A stretch of 64,000 nucleotides of DNA from a candidate division Kazan bacterium RIFCSPHIGHO2_01_FULL_44_14. GTDB lineage: Bacteria > Patescibacteriota > Kazan-3B-28. The stretch is taken from contig METB01000001.1 of the NCBI GenBank assembly GCA_001771185.1, forward strand, positions 5,875 through 69,874, read 5' to 3'. The notes under the pieces were generated by a model. The model made no database searches, was not told the origin of the DNA, and worked only from the letters and a program-made list of their open reading frames with translations. Below are positions 62,388-64,000 of the stretch, one piece after another. Positions within the stretch are counted from its first letter, which is position 1. Every line of letters starts with the position of its first letter. The position numbers and the translations under genes are program-made.

Positions 62388-62918
62388 ATGCCAGACAAAT
62401 CAAAAATCGAAGTCGTCAAACAATTGCTAGAAACCGCTACTGCTAACTTGGCTTCGGCCAAGCAGATTTTAGGTGAACTCTTGGGTACCTCATTTGATGA
62501 CCTGCCGAGTCGGACAATCGGATTAAAGTCCGAAGGTAATGTGGTGGAAGGCGTGTTTGATGGTGAGCATATGCTAGACAAGGACGGCAAGAAGTATCCA
62601 GTGCCGGCTAATTATGCTAGTAAATCAAAATTGGTGGCTGGCGATGTGTTGAAATTAACCATTCAAGATGATGGTTCATTTATCTTTAAACAAATCGGTC
62701 CAATTGAACGGAAGAGTTTAATTGGGACGGTGGTCTATGAAAACGACCAATATAAGGTTGTGGCTGGCGGGAAGTCCTATCAGGTCCTGATGGCCTCTGT
62801 AACATACTTTAAGCTTAAACCAGGGGATCAGGCCACCATACTGGTTCCAGCAGATAATGAGGGCTGTCAGTGGGCCGCGATTGAAAGTGCGGTAATCACA
62901 CCGGGGAGTGAAGGATAA
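62388..62918 (+). CDS. Hypothetical protein downstream of ATPase paralog 2
   Basis: 176 aa: N-terminal helical region plus a beta-rich C-terminus. No recognisable motif. Confidence 0.4.
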   Translation: MPDKSKIEVVKQLLETATANLASAKQILGELLGTSFDDLPSRTIGLKSEGNVVEGVFDGEHMLDKDGKKYPVPANYASKSKLVAGDVLKLTIQDDGSFIFKQIGPIERKSLIGTVVYENDQYKVVAGGKSYQVLMASVTYFKLKPGDQATILVPADNEGCQWAAIESAVITPGSEG

Positions 62919-63257
62919 CTGGGGCAATAATCAATAACCGAGCACCGAATCTCAAATAAGGAGATATCTACTTAGGACTTCGCACAAGATACATTGTGCG
63001 ACATTGTCTATCTTGGTCTCTTGGACCATCCCGAGTGTAGCCGAGGGACCTCCCCCGCCGAATATAAAAATGTCATTTCGAGCGTAGTCGAGAAATCTAT
63101 GTAGATTCTGAAACAAGTTCAGAATGACTAAATAGGTATCACTCCCCCGTTTACGGGTATCGCCCTTAAACAATACGCTCCCAGAGCGATATTTAACTAA
63201 TTTATAGGTGGTTTTAATATGAAAAAGCCCACCATAGTACTGGTGGGCTAAGAGTTG

Positions 63258-63599
63258 CTAATCTTCGGTTGAAATGGGTTTCGGTGGGACTTTGGGAATA
63301 GGTATTATTCGCTTATGTTTCAAGGACGGCATCTGTGAGCGTACCCACGGCTCAAAATCAGCCGGAGAAAAACTAATCTTGAGGTAGCTGGATCGGTTGA
63401 GACGTGCATCAGGTTGGCTGGTGTCGAGACACTGGACATCAAGGCACTCAGTGGTGGTTGTTGCCTCAAATTGCAATGAACCGACTTCAAATGTTCGGGT
63501 CGCTTCGCCCCGAATCACACCTGACATCCAATCAGTGACTGATTGGATGTCTCGTTTACGTTCCGTTCGTTCTTGTTGCTCTTCTTCCTGAGAGCCAAA
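63258..63599 (-). CDS. Hypothetical protein; contains a 29-nt perfect palindrome (63516-63550) in its coding sequence
   Basis: Start trimmed to MFGSQ. A hairpin plus T-tract terminator lies at about 63215-63245 on the minus strand. Confidence 0.35.
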   Translation of the reverse strand, partial: FGSQEEEQQERTERKRDIQSVTDWMSGVIRGEATRTFEVGSLQFEATTTTECLDVQCLDTSQPDARLNRSSYLKISFSPADFEPWVRSQMPSLKHKRIIPIPKVPPKPISTED

Positions 63600-63841
63600 C
63601 ATTACTTCATCACCTCCCAAGTGATTTTTACCAAATGACTTGTTAATGAACTATCTGAATTAAGACATCCGAATACTACTACTTTATCGCTCTGGTGGCA
63701 AATTTATTCCCTTCTGTCATTGTGAGCGACCGAATGGAGCGTGGCAATCTAGATTGTTTCGCGGAGTCCATCCTGAATGGAACTAAAGGACTCGCAATGA
63801 CAGTATAAAAATATACCCCAACCGAAGTTGGGGTATAAACA

Positions 63842-63982
63842 ATGATCGAGAAAGATGCTAAAAAACAGTTCGGTCACCCGAGCCGAAGTCGGTGGCCAGG
63901 TGGCCAGTCCTCGGAATCTTACTACCGTAAGTGGATAAGACGGTTTGCCCAGGCGGGACTGGAGCAATTGCTGGTGGGATAG
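63842..63982 (+). pseudogene. Transposase N-terminal HTH remnant (IS630/IS3-like OrfA fragment), window edge
   Basis: MIEKDAKKQFGHPSRSRW...SESYYRKWIRRFAQAGLEQL resembles the ...S.S..RW.RRF...G HTH of IS transposases. It ends in a stop after 46 aa. Confidence 0.3.
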
Positions 63983-64000
63983 CGATGAGGCCATCGCTTC

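Overview
This looks like a single-coding-density, housekeeping-rich stretch of a small Patescibacteria/CPR-like genome with standard genetic code (TGA is a stop). That assignment is by eye; GC is roughly 42-45%. Recognisable genes: recR, a DMT transporter, cysS, gyrA, rpsA (with a C-terminal HhH domain), infB-rbfA-nrnA, rnc-nusB-rpmF-yceD, rpsP, a KH protein, trmD, uvrB, dprA-topA, uvrA, uvrC, ligA-dgkA, gatC/gatA/gatB, and one tRNA-Gln. Three things stand out beyond that. (1) The intergenic DNA is saturated with modular palindromic repeat families: a CTGTCATCCTGAA...TTCAGGATGACAG hairpin, CCGCCAACTGGCGG, a GTCATTGCGAG...GTGGCAATC module, CCATAACTTTTCACT, 9-bp-phased CAATCT iterons, a ~230-bp element in two copies, and a 129-bp tandem repeat. 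Several of these modules are inserted in-frame inside essential genes (cysS, trmD, uvrC, ligA, probably uvrB), in the manner of Rickettsia palindromic elements. (2) Two paralogous Cas2-like genes occur without any CRISPR array or cas1. One overlaps the 3' end of cysS. The other carries an N-terminal wHTH domain and sits where rimM normally lies between rpsP/KH and trmD; both are associated with long perfect palindromes. (3) At least five orphan genes with elevated GC sit between core genes, each with its own strong TTGACT-N16-18-TATACT promoter and hairpin terminator. Two unrelated membrane-protein genes share a duplicated ~230-nt promoter plus conserved leader. Other items: two paralogous membrane-anchored HerA/TraD-like (type IV coupling-protein-like) ATPases, one preceded by a protein with an N-terminal sigma-70 region-4-like HTH; a VirB2/TrbC-like pilin; an SdpR/SdpI-like pair with an operator palindrome; a TM-anchored protein with an R-x4-H (HEPN-like) motif between gatA and gatB; four TGACA boxes at an exact 11-bp phase; and a transposase N-terminal remnant at the window edge.
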